Assembly: GCA_040285855.1 (NCBI GenBank) | Contig: JAUFOQ010000001.1 | Span: 1,860,001-1,924,000 of the forward strand | Direction of reading: 5' to 3' | DNA: 64,000 nucleotides | Source: Eukaryota sp. GEM-RC1 | Taxonomy: Eukaryota | Shown: positions 38,035 to 49,095 of the stretch, piece after piece | Layout: each line of letters opens with the position of its first letter | Numbering within the stretch: the first letter of the stretch is position 1 | The notes under the pieces: model-generated | The model's database searches: none | The model's input: only the letters and a program-made list of their open reading frames with translations | Told to the model about the DNA's origin: nothing | Made by a program: the position numbers and the translations under genes

Positions 38035-40463
38035 TGTTGGGGGAAATACAAAAATATAATTCATGATTAGTATCATTATGTTTTGATTTAAAAAGATTTA
38101 ACGATCATTATTTAACAGAAGAATTATATGCATATTTCTATGTATATTCACTACGATATTGTTATTGTGATATTGATCATCTTGAGAAATTTATGAACGA
38201 TATAAATATAAAATACATTTATGATATATTACCGACAATTAAAGATGTATGTATATATACATATAACAATATTTTATCATGCGACTACGATATTTTGCAA
38301 AAACGGCATATCTTAATAGTGTAACTAATGATTATTTTGATGATGATATGTTAGAATTAATAAATGTTGCCACAAATGATATAATTGGAGATATGGAAAC
38401 GACCTCTGATACAAGCAACGCAATTAATACATTTTTAATATATATATCATTGCACATGACATTTAGATATGATTATTTCATAAATTTAATGGAAACAGGA
38501 ATACCTGTAATGTTACCTAATTTTCAATTAAGTGCACCAGGAATCTTATTTTGTTTAATGGAATGTATGAAAAATCTAGAAAACCCCATTAATGACGAAT
38601 ATTTTATAAATAGTAATATGCAACTTTCGATTGATTATCAAAAAAGTAAAAAGGAACATAGCCGTAAAACTAGAATTGACGATAATCAATCATCAAAAAA
38701 ACCAAATATTATCGATGTTGATGGTGCAGGTACCGATGATCATATTGATGGTGATGAAGTAATGAGAAAATTACACGCATTAGAAGACATTTATACTATT
38801 TTTAATATGGATAAAACTGAAATTAATAAACTCATAATTCTAACAAATGAATATCATTCAAGTAATATATTACTTAATGCTAAAATACATACACGTGAAG
38901 GACCACTTCCTGAAGGAAAAATCAATGAATTAGATGAAATGACACAAACACATTATAAAAAAAGTATTGGATTATATTTATTCTATTGTACCACCAAATG
39001 AATTTAACCTTGATAAAATACTAAATGAATCTATTAATGAAGAAAATATTGAAGAGGAATGTATTATTATTAGCGATGATGATTTACCTGAATCTATTAA
39101 TGAAGAAAATATTGAAGAGGAATGTATTATTATTAGCGATGATGATTTACCTGAATCTCCAAATATAAATTCACAAAACCCTTCTTTTGGTTCATCATAT
39201 GAAAATAAAACATATATTGGCAAAGCATTAAATGAGAATTATAAAGATATGTTTAATAGAATAAACACACAAATATCTAAGGCATATGATATAAAGCATT
39301 TGGATACACAACAAAAAGCTGCATTGCGAGAACTATCTAATTATATTGAAAATCACAAGGAATTAATCATACAGAAATCTAAGACTGCTTCTGAAAAATT
39401 GAATAATTTTAAAACAGAATTAACAACCACAAAAAGAATGAATCAAGAAAGGCAATGTCTCATAACAATGTAGCTAATACAGTCAATAACATAAATAATA
39501 CTATAGATGAAATAATTAGGACCATCCTAGCTAGTTCTACCGAGGAAGGTAAGGAAAAATTGAAAATAAAGAAAAAATTAGTAGCTAAATCTAAATCATC
39601 TAAATCATCTAAATCATCTAAATCATCTAAATCATCTAAATCATCTAAATCATCTAAATCATCTAAATCATCTAAATCATCTAAATCATCTAAATCATCT
39701 AAATCAAATGACTCTGCTATAGTATATCCGTTTATAGATATGGATCAATTACATGATTTAAATGTATTGGTAATAATACGATTACCTATTAGTATACTTA
39801 ATGCCGATGATTCATTATCACCATTAGATGATCCATATGAGGAAGGAATTCAACAATATTCGATTCAAGGGGTGGTCCCTAGTAGTGATGAAGAATCTAG
39901 TAGTGATGAAGAATCTAGTAGTGATGAAGAATCTAATAATGAGGGAAAACAATCAAAACCAAAAACAAAAAAACCACCAGTTATTAAAAGTACAGGAAAA
40001 ACTAAATCTAAATCTAAATCTGAATCGACTCCAAAAAAAATAAAGAAAGAAATTTTTAAAGGACTTTTTTTACCAGATTGATTCTTGGATTGATATTGAC
40101 AAGAAGAAACATTTAAAATCATCACACATGTTAAAACTGGTAGGAACCGTAATGATTGATATTTTTTTGAAACCAGTTCTAAGACCAGCAGATAGTATTT
40201 GGGATATTATTAAATTTAGTAGAGAATTATATAAATATAAAACTGAAAAGGAAAAGAAAAATAAAAAATTATGGGGAACAATTACGTTTGGTATAGGAAC
40301 TGCTGTTACTGGATTTTCCGCATATCAAATATATGAGATATATTCAACTTTTGATAAGTATGGACTGCCTGGATTATTAAAATATTCATTGAAGAATGGT
40401 GGAAAAATATGGTATCTTTATTTGATTTGGTTTTTGTTTCTAAATATTATGGGACGAAATTGA
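38035..40463 (+). CDS. large low-complexity protein with tandem SIM-like motifs, coiled coil, Ser/Lys and acidic repeats and C-terminal hydrophobic segments (frameshifted)
   Basis: ORFs 38279-39001, 38967-39473, 39455-40081 and 40128-40463 overlap or abut in shifting frames; may be more than one gene. Confidence 0.5.
39027..39158 (+). repeat. 63-bp perfect tandem duplication encoding ESINEENIEEECIIISDDDLP x2
   Basis: 39027-39089 is identical to 39090-39152. Confidence 0.97.
39590..39706 (+). repeat. (TCTAAATCA)13 encoding (SKS)13
   Basis: Perfect 9-bp tandem array of 117 bp. Confidence 0.97.
39881..39934 (+). repeat. (AGTAGTGATGAAGAATCT)3 encoding (SSDEES)3
   Basis: Perfect 18-bp tandem array. 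Confidence 0.95.
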
Positions 40464-40663
40464 AATTGGCACTTTTTGACAAAGTATTAGACGTTGTAAT
40501 AAATGCTATTAAATTCAATAATAAAAGAGTATTACTTCTAAAGAGTACTTAAAACATATCTTTTTTGGAGAAAATACTGTTTTTAATAACCAAACTTTAT
40601 TGGATAATACGTTGGATAATATCCAAATTAATGTCCAAATTAATATTGATTGTGGTTTATTGT

Positions 40664-40795
40664 ATGCCTCGTAAGAAAGCTGTTCCTGTCAGGAAACTTG
40701 AGAACTCTAAAGGGTTCAAACAAATGAAGTCTGTTCGTAGTGTAAAGATTAGATCTTGCAAACGTCGTACTATTATTATTATAACTCACCGATAA
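40664..40795 (+). CDS. small basic protein, 43 aa (MPRKKAVPVRKLENSK...)
   Basis: K/R-rich ORF followed by an AT-rich spacer; first of three similarly flanked small genes. Confidence 0.4.
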   Translation: MPRKKAVPVRKLENSKGFKQMKSVRSVKIRSCKRRTIIIITHR

Positions 40796-40905
40796 AATAA
40801 TTTATTATATTATCTTTTAAAAGACATTTGTCTTTAATTATTTTTATGGAGAAAAATGATTGCATCTATAAAAATGATAAAAATAACAAGTAACGATTAA
40901 TTGCC

Positions 40906-41172
40906 ATGGATAACTATCTTTTCCCTATGTTGTTCTTAACTGTGCTTGGTGCCTTTACTCTGTTTGGTTCCGTTGTTTATCTGATTGGATGTGTTGTGAA
41001 AAAAATCAAAAATGGTTTTTATTCGATTATATGTCGAATTGTAAAATCTCTTGTGCCTGATCCTGACTTTCAAATACTTTTAAAAGAAACCCTAGCTGTA
41101 ACTCACCTTACTAAAAATGAACGCTCCCGAAATATAATAATTCCACGAAATGGAAATATCTTTATAAATTAG
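40906..41172 (+). CDS. small membrane protein, 88 aa
   Basis: N-terminal hydrophobic helix LFPMLFLTVLGAFTLFGSVVYLIGCVV; AAAAATGA motifs upstream. Confidence 0.6.
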   Translation: MDNYLFPMLFLTVLGAFTLFGSVVYLIGCVVKKIKNGFYSIICRIVKSLVPDPDFQILLKETLAVTHLTKNERSRNIIIPRNGNIFIN

Positions 41173-41284
41173 TCGTTGTGCTTTGTAAAATAAAATTTAT
41201 TTTAAAACATTAGCATTTAATATTTTTTATGGAGAAAAATTATTGCCTTTATAGAAAATGATAAAAAAACTGGATAGTATTAAA

Positions 41285-41464
41285 ATGGAAAAGCTGTTAC
41301 TTCTCGTATATATGTTTTTCGTCTCTGTTTATATTCTCTTTTTAAACATCGAGAGTTCTATCTACCAGATAAAAAATTCCCGTAGGTTTGCCAAAGTCTC
41401 CGAACATAAACACCCCGATTACCTGTATTATATTAACCATTCTTACTTTACTACTCAATCATAA
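41285..41464 (+). CDS. small membrane protein, ~59 aa
   Basis: Hydrophobic LLLLVYMFFVSVYILFL; same upstream cassette as the 40906 gene. Confidence 0.5.
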   Translation: MEKLLLLVYMFFVSVYILFLNIESSIYQIKNSRRFAKVSEHKHPDYLYYINHSYFTTQS

Positions 41465-41474
41465 AGCCTTATTC

Positions 41475-42080
41475 TTAATGTTTATAAAATCCATCAGATT
41501 CTTTACGAAGTACCGCTTGTTTGTTTGTTCCAATTTGAGATACAAATTGTCCATTACTGGCTTGTATGTGATATTTTCCATCATATGAGATTTTATATAA
41601 ATCAGTTTTTGAACAACTCATTTCTAATCGATATAAATGGATTCTCCAATAATGAGCCATTGTAAATAAATGATAAATGACATAGTTTCCATTATAATTC
41701 TTATCAGGAACTAAATCATAATCACAAGTCTCATAATATGGAATATTTGATCTGGATGCTGCGTATATCATTGGTGCGGTTATTATTAATAAAACAAAGA
41801 GGAACTTATAACCACATACTCGATTTGCACAATTATCAATTTGCGACTTCTCTGCCATAGAAGATCTCGAAAGACAAGGACAAAAATAGACATTAATGAT
41901 ATAATAAATAAATGTGAATATACAATCAACAAAATCAGGTACGAGGGAGGATAGTTTAAATGATGCATCAGGAGGTAATTGACATGGACATCGAGGTCTA
42001 TGACATGAACACTCAGGGTTATGACATTGATTCTTGGATAATTCTATTTCCACAATATTTTCATTTGAAGCAGGAATCAT
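41475..42080 (-). CDS. Cys-rich membrane protein
   Basis: CHNPECSCHRPRCPC plus two hydrophobic segments; AAAAAATTGATTATTTTTTT directly upstream of the ATG at 42080. Confidence 0.55.
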   Translation of the reverse strand: MIPASNENIVEIELSKNQCHNPECSCHRPRCPCQLPPDASFKLSSLVPDFVDCIFTFIYYIINVYFCPCLSRSSMAEKSQIDNCANRVCGYKFLFVLLIITAPMIYAASRSNIPYYETCDYDLVPDKNYNGNYVIYHLFTMAHYWRIHLYRLEMSCSKTDLYKISYDGKYHIQASNGQFVSQIGTNKQAVLRKESDGFYKH

Positions 42081-42094
42081 TAATAAAAAAATAA

Positions 42095-43227
42095 TCAATT
42101 TTTTAATAATTCTAATACTTTATATAACGAATATTGTCTACACCATCCAACTATTTGTGCATGGCTTTTGTTTTTAATTCAAAATCTAATTCGACATTTA
42201 CTTTAAACATTAATTTCAAAATATTTTCTACATCATCTTTTGTTGCATAATCCATTTTCAAATCAATATCGATTCTACCAGGTCTTCTTAATGCAGGATC
42301 CAATTTATCAGGATGATTTGATGTCATTATAACAATTCTACCATGTCCTTCATTCAATCCATCAAGTAGATTTAATAAAATTGACATGTCTAATTTTCCT
42401 TCATCTTCAGATTCCTCCATACGATCAACATCTTCAAATATAATAATTCCACTTTGTGAAAATATATTTTTAGCTAATTCTATACTTGCATCGAAATTCA
42501 ATAAATGAATATGCTTGTTAGTATATTTTGCAATTGATTTGATAAATGAAGTCTTTCCAGTTCCAGGTGGCCCATGAAGAAGAATACCAAGTGTATGAGG
42601 AATTCCCATTTCTTGATACCATTTTCCATTCTTTAAAAAGAAATCTATTTGTTTCAAAACATTTTCCTTTCCATTAAAGAATTTGTTATCAAATGAAGAA
42701 TTAGTTGTAAAATATTTAAAAGATTTACTATCTTCATAAATTTTTAATATTTTTTACTATTCTCATATCTAACGAAATCTTTTTAATTTTATAAACCCAT
42801 TTATCGAGATCATTAACTGATTTCTTTGAATAAAATATAATTTCATTTGTAATGGTGATTGAAAAATCGTCATCTATCGAGTTTCTAACTCGGGATTCTC
42901 GATATCTAATTTTTAAATAAACATCATCTCCAATTTTAGTCATACGTAGATTATCCATATAATTAATATTATTGTGATATAATCGATTAATTTGGACCTT
43001 GGGATAATTATTTTCGAGATAATGAAAAGAGCTCCTGACTCGAATTTATTTTTAAAAACAATCCGATTGTAGTTTCTCATTGTTAAATTTAAACACTTAT
43101 CACGATTTTCATAGATCCATTTTAACGCCATAACACATAGGAAAGATATAGTAAATTTGTTGAATTTGAATTTTTCAAGAACTGATTGCAATGCAATAAC
43201 TTTGTAAAACAAATCACCATTTACCAT
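42095..43227 (-). CDS. BCS1-like AAA+ ATPase (frameshifted)
   Basis: WYQEMGIPHTLGILLHGPPGTGKTS, Walker B IIFEDVD, LLNLLDG, MTSNHPDKLDPALRRPGRID. Confidence 0.92.
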
Positions 43228-43232
43228 TTATT

Positions 43233-43252
43233 AAAAAATAAAATCATTTTTT
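43233..43252 (-). promoter_or_regulatory. putative early promoter AAAAAATGATTTTATTTTTT
   Basis: Consensus copy immediately upstream of the ATG at 43227. Confidence 0.65.
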
Positions 43253-43324
43253 ATTCACATTAATCCAAATCATCATAACCCCACACACTTGAATCTGAAT
43301 TATTAGTTTCCGTGAAAACATGAT

Positions 43325-43540
43325 TTATTGATATATTATCTGCAAAAATTGGGCGTAATCAATATTAATAATACCATTTGTATTTAAAATTAAATTATTA
43401 GTCTCATCATTATTAATATAACTATTAAATTCATAATTAAAATCTGCATCATACCATGTAGCAATATAGCCATTATGAATAGGAGATTCTATTTCCAAAA
43501 TATCACAAGATGCTTTGTCTTCACCAGAAGCAGCAATCAT
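43325..43540 (-). CDS. small hypothetical protein
   Basis: ORF with the promoter motif at 43549-43563. Confidence 0.5.
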   Translation of the reverse strand: MIAASGEDKASCDILEIESPIHNGYIATWYDADFNYEFNSYINNDETNNLILNTNGIINIDYAQFLQIIYQ

Positions 43541-43561
43541 TTATTAATAAAAAATAATCAT

Positions 43562-44256
43562 TTATTCATTTAATAAATCAATTCTATTTTCCACTCCAAC
43601 CAATGAAATATCCAACATCTTATCAGTTCTAAAATAAGTTCCAAATCTAAAATCACTTGGCATATCATTAAAGATTACTCCAATTTCTTTCATCATTGCC
43701 ATCATATCTTTACGTTTCTTGTTGGCTAATTGCTTGGAACTAAAGTTGGCTCTTGCCAAACTTGACACTGCATTTCGATTCAAATCCATTTCTCTTATAT
43801 AGAAACATAAAACACCTTCTTCTAAATTGGGCACAGAAAATGCTCTTGCGTCAAAATGAGGACGTTTTTGTTTAATGTATTCATTTAATTCAGGAAATTC
43901 ATTAATAATTTCTTGATAAAAAGTAACCGAAGTAAATGAACTGGCAACAGAAATTAATTTTTGTGGTTTATTTTCATATGGAAACATGCTTGTTTCTCGT
44001 TTCTTGTGTAACAATAAATTAATTTCATCTGATTGTGTATAAGCATAAATTGCATTGAATTCTTTTGCAATAGCTTGAGTTGTTAATTTCATAACATTTC
44101 TAAATCTAGGACAATAAGGGAAATCAAATTTCTTTGTAAATTTACTAAATTTCCTACCATCTAATCGTAAATAGATTGTATCAGTTGAAAATAAAGTTTC
44201 ATAATTTGTTGTTTCATACAATTTACTTGTTGTAATTGAGAAGTAAGATCTTCCAT
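43562..44256 (-). CDS. THG1: tRNA(His) guanylyltransferase / Thg1-like protein
   Basis: IYLRLDGRKFSKFT, AYTQSDEINL, KLISVASS and PHFDARAF. True start probably the ATG at 44256 (MEDLTSQLQQVKLYE after a +1 A repair) behind a promoter motif. Confidence 0.95.
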
Positions 44257-44279
44257 TGATTAAAAAATAATAATCGTTT

Positions 44280-44680
44280 TTATGAAATATTTTTAATTCT
44301 AATAATAATTTCATAATACATATACATTCCCCAACACTCCCAATTATCATAACGTTCTTCTATTATTTCATATCCCATTTTTTAATAATTTTTGACATAA
44401 AACTTTCAGCAAAATTTTCATTTCGTACAAATTCGATACACAAATCACCATTGTCCAAATATTTAGTGGAAACTATTGTGTAACCATTATCAGAATTTAT
44501 CTCGACTTCTTTTGATTTAATTGCTATCTTGACAAGATTCTCTTGATTTGTACCCTTATCTAAAAATGAATCACCAATTCCATTAATATATACGTCTGTA
44601 TTTGAATCCGTGTTGTTGATTAAATAATCCCAATCAATGGGATTTTCATACTCATCATATACTTCAAGTTCTTTACTCAT
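44280..44680 (-). CDS. hypothetical protein (frameshift near 3' end)
   Basis: ORF 44363-44680 with the promoter motif at 44688-44704; the alternative frame continues to a stop at 44280. Confidence 0.55.
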
Positions 44681-44810
44681 TATACATAAAAAATAATCAT
44701 TTTTATTAATTATTTACTAAATATATTTTTGTATTATTACTATTTTTAAAAAATAAAATCATTTTTTATAAAATCATAAATTCTATTAGTTATTATTTTT
44801 ATATATAAAA

Positions 44811-46807
44811 ATGATAGAAAGTATAGCTTATAAAGTATTTCATAATTGTAATGATTATGGAAAAACCATAATGACGTTATTTTCTAAAAAATTTTGTAAT
44901 TTATTTTATAAAAATCAGCTATATAGTAATGATAACATTTACATTTATCAATATCCTAATGGATTACGTGAATTGCGTTTTAGTACAGATGTAATTAAAA
45001 TGTTGGTTGAAACGAATATGTATAATCCACCTGAAATCATAACAACATTAATAGACATATTATTTCATGAAAATCCTATAATATCAAGGTTTAATCCTAA
45101 AATTTTAGCGACATTATATATTCCTGAAAATTATTATTCTAGGTATGTCATGTATAATGCATATATTCCGAATTTAATAATAGAAACGGCATTTAATATG
45201 GAAAAATTAATAAATAAAAAATATTTGAATTAACTATATATCATCCAATTTTGAATAGTCGGACATTAATTAGACATCAAAAGAAGATATTTTACAACAA
45301 ATGCTTGTAGATATTGATGGAATGACTCTAGCAAATGCAGTAATATATGATGAGTTTTTAAAAATTATAAAGTATTTTAATATTCATACATTAAATTTTA
45401 CTGTTATCTGGAATTCAAGTGATATTATATTACCTGATATACCCATTATAAATTTGCATATTAAAGGACATACTGATGAAGTAAGTAAAAACGGGATGAA
45501 AGGATAAATATAATCGCCAAATATGAATCAGTGGAATTTGAATTATTAGATAATCTAAGTGTTAAAATTAAAAATGGACGTATAGAATATTTTATCGTTG
45601 ATAATATATTTGATATTATTGAAATAGTTGATTTATTGGAAAAAACGATGATCAAGAAATGAATAAGTTAGATCGTTTACATTATTTAACCGAAGAATTT
45701 ATCAAACAAAAAAAAAGACAGATATCAAATTGTATCAAAAATACCAAATATTTTTAAACACGACATATTAATGATACGTAGACCAAGAAAAGAATTTGTC
45801 AATGCTATGATTCAAAAGGGATATTTTGATATAGAACACACAAATTATTTATATTTTAGTGATCAAGATTTCGTTGCATATAGATTAATTGATAGGAATG
45901 GTCAATTTTATAATAGTTGGATGATGTATATGCCATATTATCCAGGTGAGATAAATAATATCACGTTAATAGAAAAGTCATTACAAAATCCAATAAAAAT
46001 TACTGATATGGAAAAATGGAAGGAATTTCCAATAATTAATAATGATATAGTATATGATCACATTGAACCAGGAGAAATCCCTGATACCACTTTAGAAGAT
46101 GTTAATAATATTGTTATTATTACTTTAATATCAAATGAAGGGACAAAACATTATGCACCAAATAATATATTAGAACGTTCAGAATCTATCATGCGACTTA
46201 TAAATACTAAAGGTGTAACTGAAATCAATTTAGATTTAATCGCTGATAATGAATTACAATTATGTTTAATATGGTTAGAAAAAATGCATAATCTTAATAG
46301 TAAAGTATATAGTATCCACGAAACAGAGAATTTTAAAATGCATTTTTGAAAAATAAAAATGGATATGATTTATATGATTTATTAACAGGATCATATTATT
46401 TAGGTATTGCAGATTTGACTGATATATTGACAAAGGAACTTGCTGAAATGATTAACAATAGTGACCCTTTACACGATAGATATTCTTTTGGATTTATGTT
46501 TGAGCAAACTCCAGATTTACCTCAAATATCTATGGATCAAATCATTGATTCTTATAATGAATATAGAAAGTATACATACCTGGAAGAAAAATCAAAACAT
46601 CAAGTAGGTCATGAAACCGCATCTAATCAAATTGATAGACAATATACAAAAGAGAGTGCAGCAATTAATCCAGGACATAAAAGAAGAAGTCCATTTTATA
46701 AAATATTTAGGAAAAATTTTAATGAATATCCATATATAGATGATATGGATGATTATTTAGATCTTATGGCTGGTATAGATTTACCTGCTATAGATTATAG
46801 ATATTAA
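44811..46807 (+). CDS. Skp1-domain protein with long N-terminal extension (possible N-terminal F-box), frameshifted
   Basis: ~46115-46500 reads ITLISNEG...ILERSESIMRLI...LQLCLIWLEKMH...LYDLLTGSYYLGIADLTDILTKELAEMINNSDP...SFGF, which follows the Skp1 POZ plus F-box-binding helices; upstream fragments join by single-base shifts. Confidence 0.75.
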
Positions 46808-46808
46808 T

Positions 46809-47409
46809 CTAAATTATTTTTACATTATTTTTTCCATTTCTTTAATTGTTTGTTCATCATTTCGCACATATACTGAACCACAACAATCTTTTATTACCAT
46901 TGTATCATAGCCAAGAGATACACAATCAATTGCAGTATATTTAACACAAACATCAAAAGCGAGTCCGCAAATATAAACTTGTTCTATTCCATTAGCTTTT
47001 AAAAGTTTATCTAATCCAGTGTCTCCTCTATTTGCATCGAAAAAGCACTATAAGAATCAGTATCGATTTTGGTTCCTTTATGAATAAATTTTGCAGTTGC
47101 TGGAATGTCCAAGATTGAATTCAATTGGGACCCATATGTTTTTTGAATGCAATGTTCTGGCCACATGATTTGCTTCCCATATGAAACATCAATCTCTTCA
47201 AATGGCTGTTTTTGGTGAGTGGATGCAAATGAAATGTGTTTGGGAGGATGCCAATCTAGAGTGAATACCGTCATATTAAATCTTTCCTTTGACTTAATTA
47301 AATCGTTTACTCTATGAGCAATCGGTTCAGTTCCGATAATTGGAAGAGAACCACCACCTTCACAAAAGTCATTTTGAAAATCAACAATCAAGAGACATGA
47401 TTTAGTCAT
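46809..47409 (-). CDS. pncA: nicotinamidase/pyrazinamidase (one frameshift near 47042)
   Basis: LLIVDFQNDFC, DWHPPKHISF, WPEHC, KG...DSYSAF and downstream ICGLAFDVCVKYTAID (Asp-Lys-Cys triad). Confidence 0.95.
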
Positions 47410-47446
47410 TTATCCTGAATAAAATTCATTATTTAAAAAATATTTT

Positions 47447-47815
47447 TTATTGTTGTTTAACAAATAACATATCCCATAATTTAATTAAAATCTCTTTTCG
47501 TATTTCAGGTTTACTCGTCATATCGAAAAGATAAGCAGAAAAAACCAATTATTGTGAATTTCCAATTCAAGTGCATGATCCAAACTTCGTACTTCTCTTG
47601 GTATTTCGTAAAACATTTCTTTACATAATTCACATGCTTTTCTATTAACGTCATTATCTGTTTTTAATTCATATGGAAATTCTCCAAAACATTCTGGTTT
47701 TACATCAAGAACCTCCATGCAAAATTCTTTGTTATTTCTTTTTTTCTTCAGGAAGTTTTAAAAAGTTTTTATAATCTGTTTTGATTATATTTGTTTCATA
47801 GAGAGTGAGTTCCAT
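47447..47815 (-). CDS. small DUF4116-like helical repeat protein (frameshifted)
   Basis: Repeating P-x-E-L-K/R-x-D/N...F/A pattern (NNKEFCMEVL, PYELKTDNDV). Confidence 0.45.
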
Positions 47816-47880
47816 TTAGAGGCATAAAGATTTTTCATTTAAAAAATGATAATTAGTCAAAAATAGGTTTTTATTTATAA

Positions 47881-48895
47881 TCACAAAATTCGTATAATTT
47901 TTGTTTTATTACTATAAACATCATTAATTCCTCTTGATCCAATTACTGCAGTAGATGTACAAGCAATGTGTTCTTCCATTGCATAATCTCCTTCTTTCCA
48001 ATATTGACCAACATCTCTTACTCCCCACATGACGTCCACATCAGAAGGATTTACCAAACCAGTTATAATGCCTTGTTTTGCAAATTCAATCGCCAAAAAT
48101 GTAATATCACAATCAACTACGTTTAATTTTGTATTTTCAGTTACTAAATGATTAAACAATCCTGCATTAAAATATACATTTATTTTATATTTTTCAAAGT
48201 CAATATTAATGTTTTAATATATAAAGAGGCTACATCTTCTGGATTTTTTCAGGCAAGAAAATACCTAATCCAATTGGGGGAATACATAGTACAGAACAAT
48301 TATAATAACGTGCTCCCTTGAAAATTAATTTCCACATTAACATCATTCTAGATTCTAATTCAGATTTACTTAGACGTAGATTTTTTGTTGCAATTTGTCC
48401 ATAGGAAAGATTAAATCCCGGAATTGAAAGTAAAAATATAGAATCAGTTATTTTACCATTACGAATTTTATTTAAAGCATAACCATTTTTTATTTTTTGT
48501 TCAACGAAAAATATTACTTCTTGTGCATGTAAAATAGATGATGCAAGTGTACCCAAATTTGTATTTAATTCAGGAATTGGTCTAATATCCTGTTCTTCTA
48601 TATTAGAATTAAGTAAATTCATGTACATGATTTTATCAAAACCAACAAAGATCCTGGCTGAATCATGTAAACGTTGAAGTTGTTTTTTATTCATTATTAT
48701 TGTACCATTTCCTAAATCTTTATTTTTAATCATGAAAATATTTGTTGGATTAAAATTTGTAATTGTTGTTAAATTACAACTAGTGTCAGCATTCAAATAT
48801 TCTAATAATTGATTAATTAAACTTAATCTTATTTCTGGATTGGAAAAAGATTCACCATTGATTGTTGTATACTCTGAAAATTTACCTATTTGCAT
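47881..48895 (-). CDS. candidate permuted macrodomain / PARG-like ADP-ribosylhydrolase (frameshifted)
   Basis: LCIPPIGLGIFLP...PEDVASLY (macro diphosphate-binding loop) followed by GLVNPSD...GDYAMEEHIACTST (PARG-like N...AQEE loop). Confidence 0.5.
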
Positions 48896-48925
48896 TGTTT
48901 AAAAAAATATATTTATTATTTTTTC

Positions 48926-49089
48926 TAATAATTAATAAATAGATTTTATTTATAATAATTAATAAATAGATTTTATTTATAATAACAAATAAACTAGATT
49001 TTATTTATAATAATTAATAAATAGATTTTATTTATAATAATTAATAAATAGATTTTATTTATAATAACAAATAAACTAGATTTTATTTA
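48926..49089. repeat. higher-order AT-rich tandem array (A-A-B)x2 of 27/28-bp units
   Basis: A=TAATAATTAATAAATAGATTTTATTTA, B=TAATAACAAATAAACTAGATTTTATTTA; six units, 164 bp. Confidence 0.95.
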
Positions 49090-49095
49090 TAACAA

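Noticed and set aside
41530..41600. Fascin-like beta-trefoil motif (DGKYHIQASNGQFVS)
   Set aside because: Only one short repeat-like stretch, too little to support a domain call.
44257..44350. N-terminal extension of Thg1 as called by the ORF track
   Set aside because: It overlaps the frameshifted tail of the upstream gene and a promoter motif; the ATG at 44256 gives a family-like start.
48926..49089. CRISPR array
   Set aside because: Units are contiguous with no unique spacers, and no cas genes are present.
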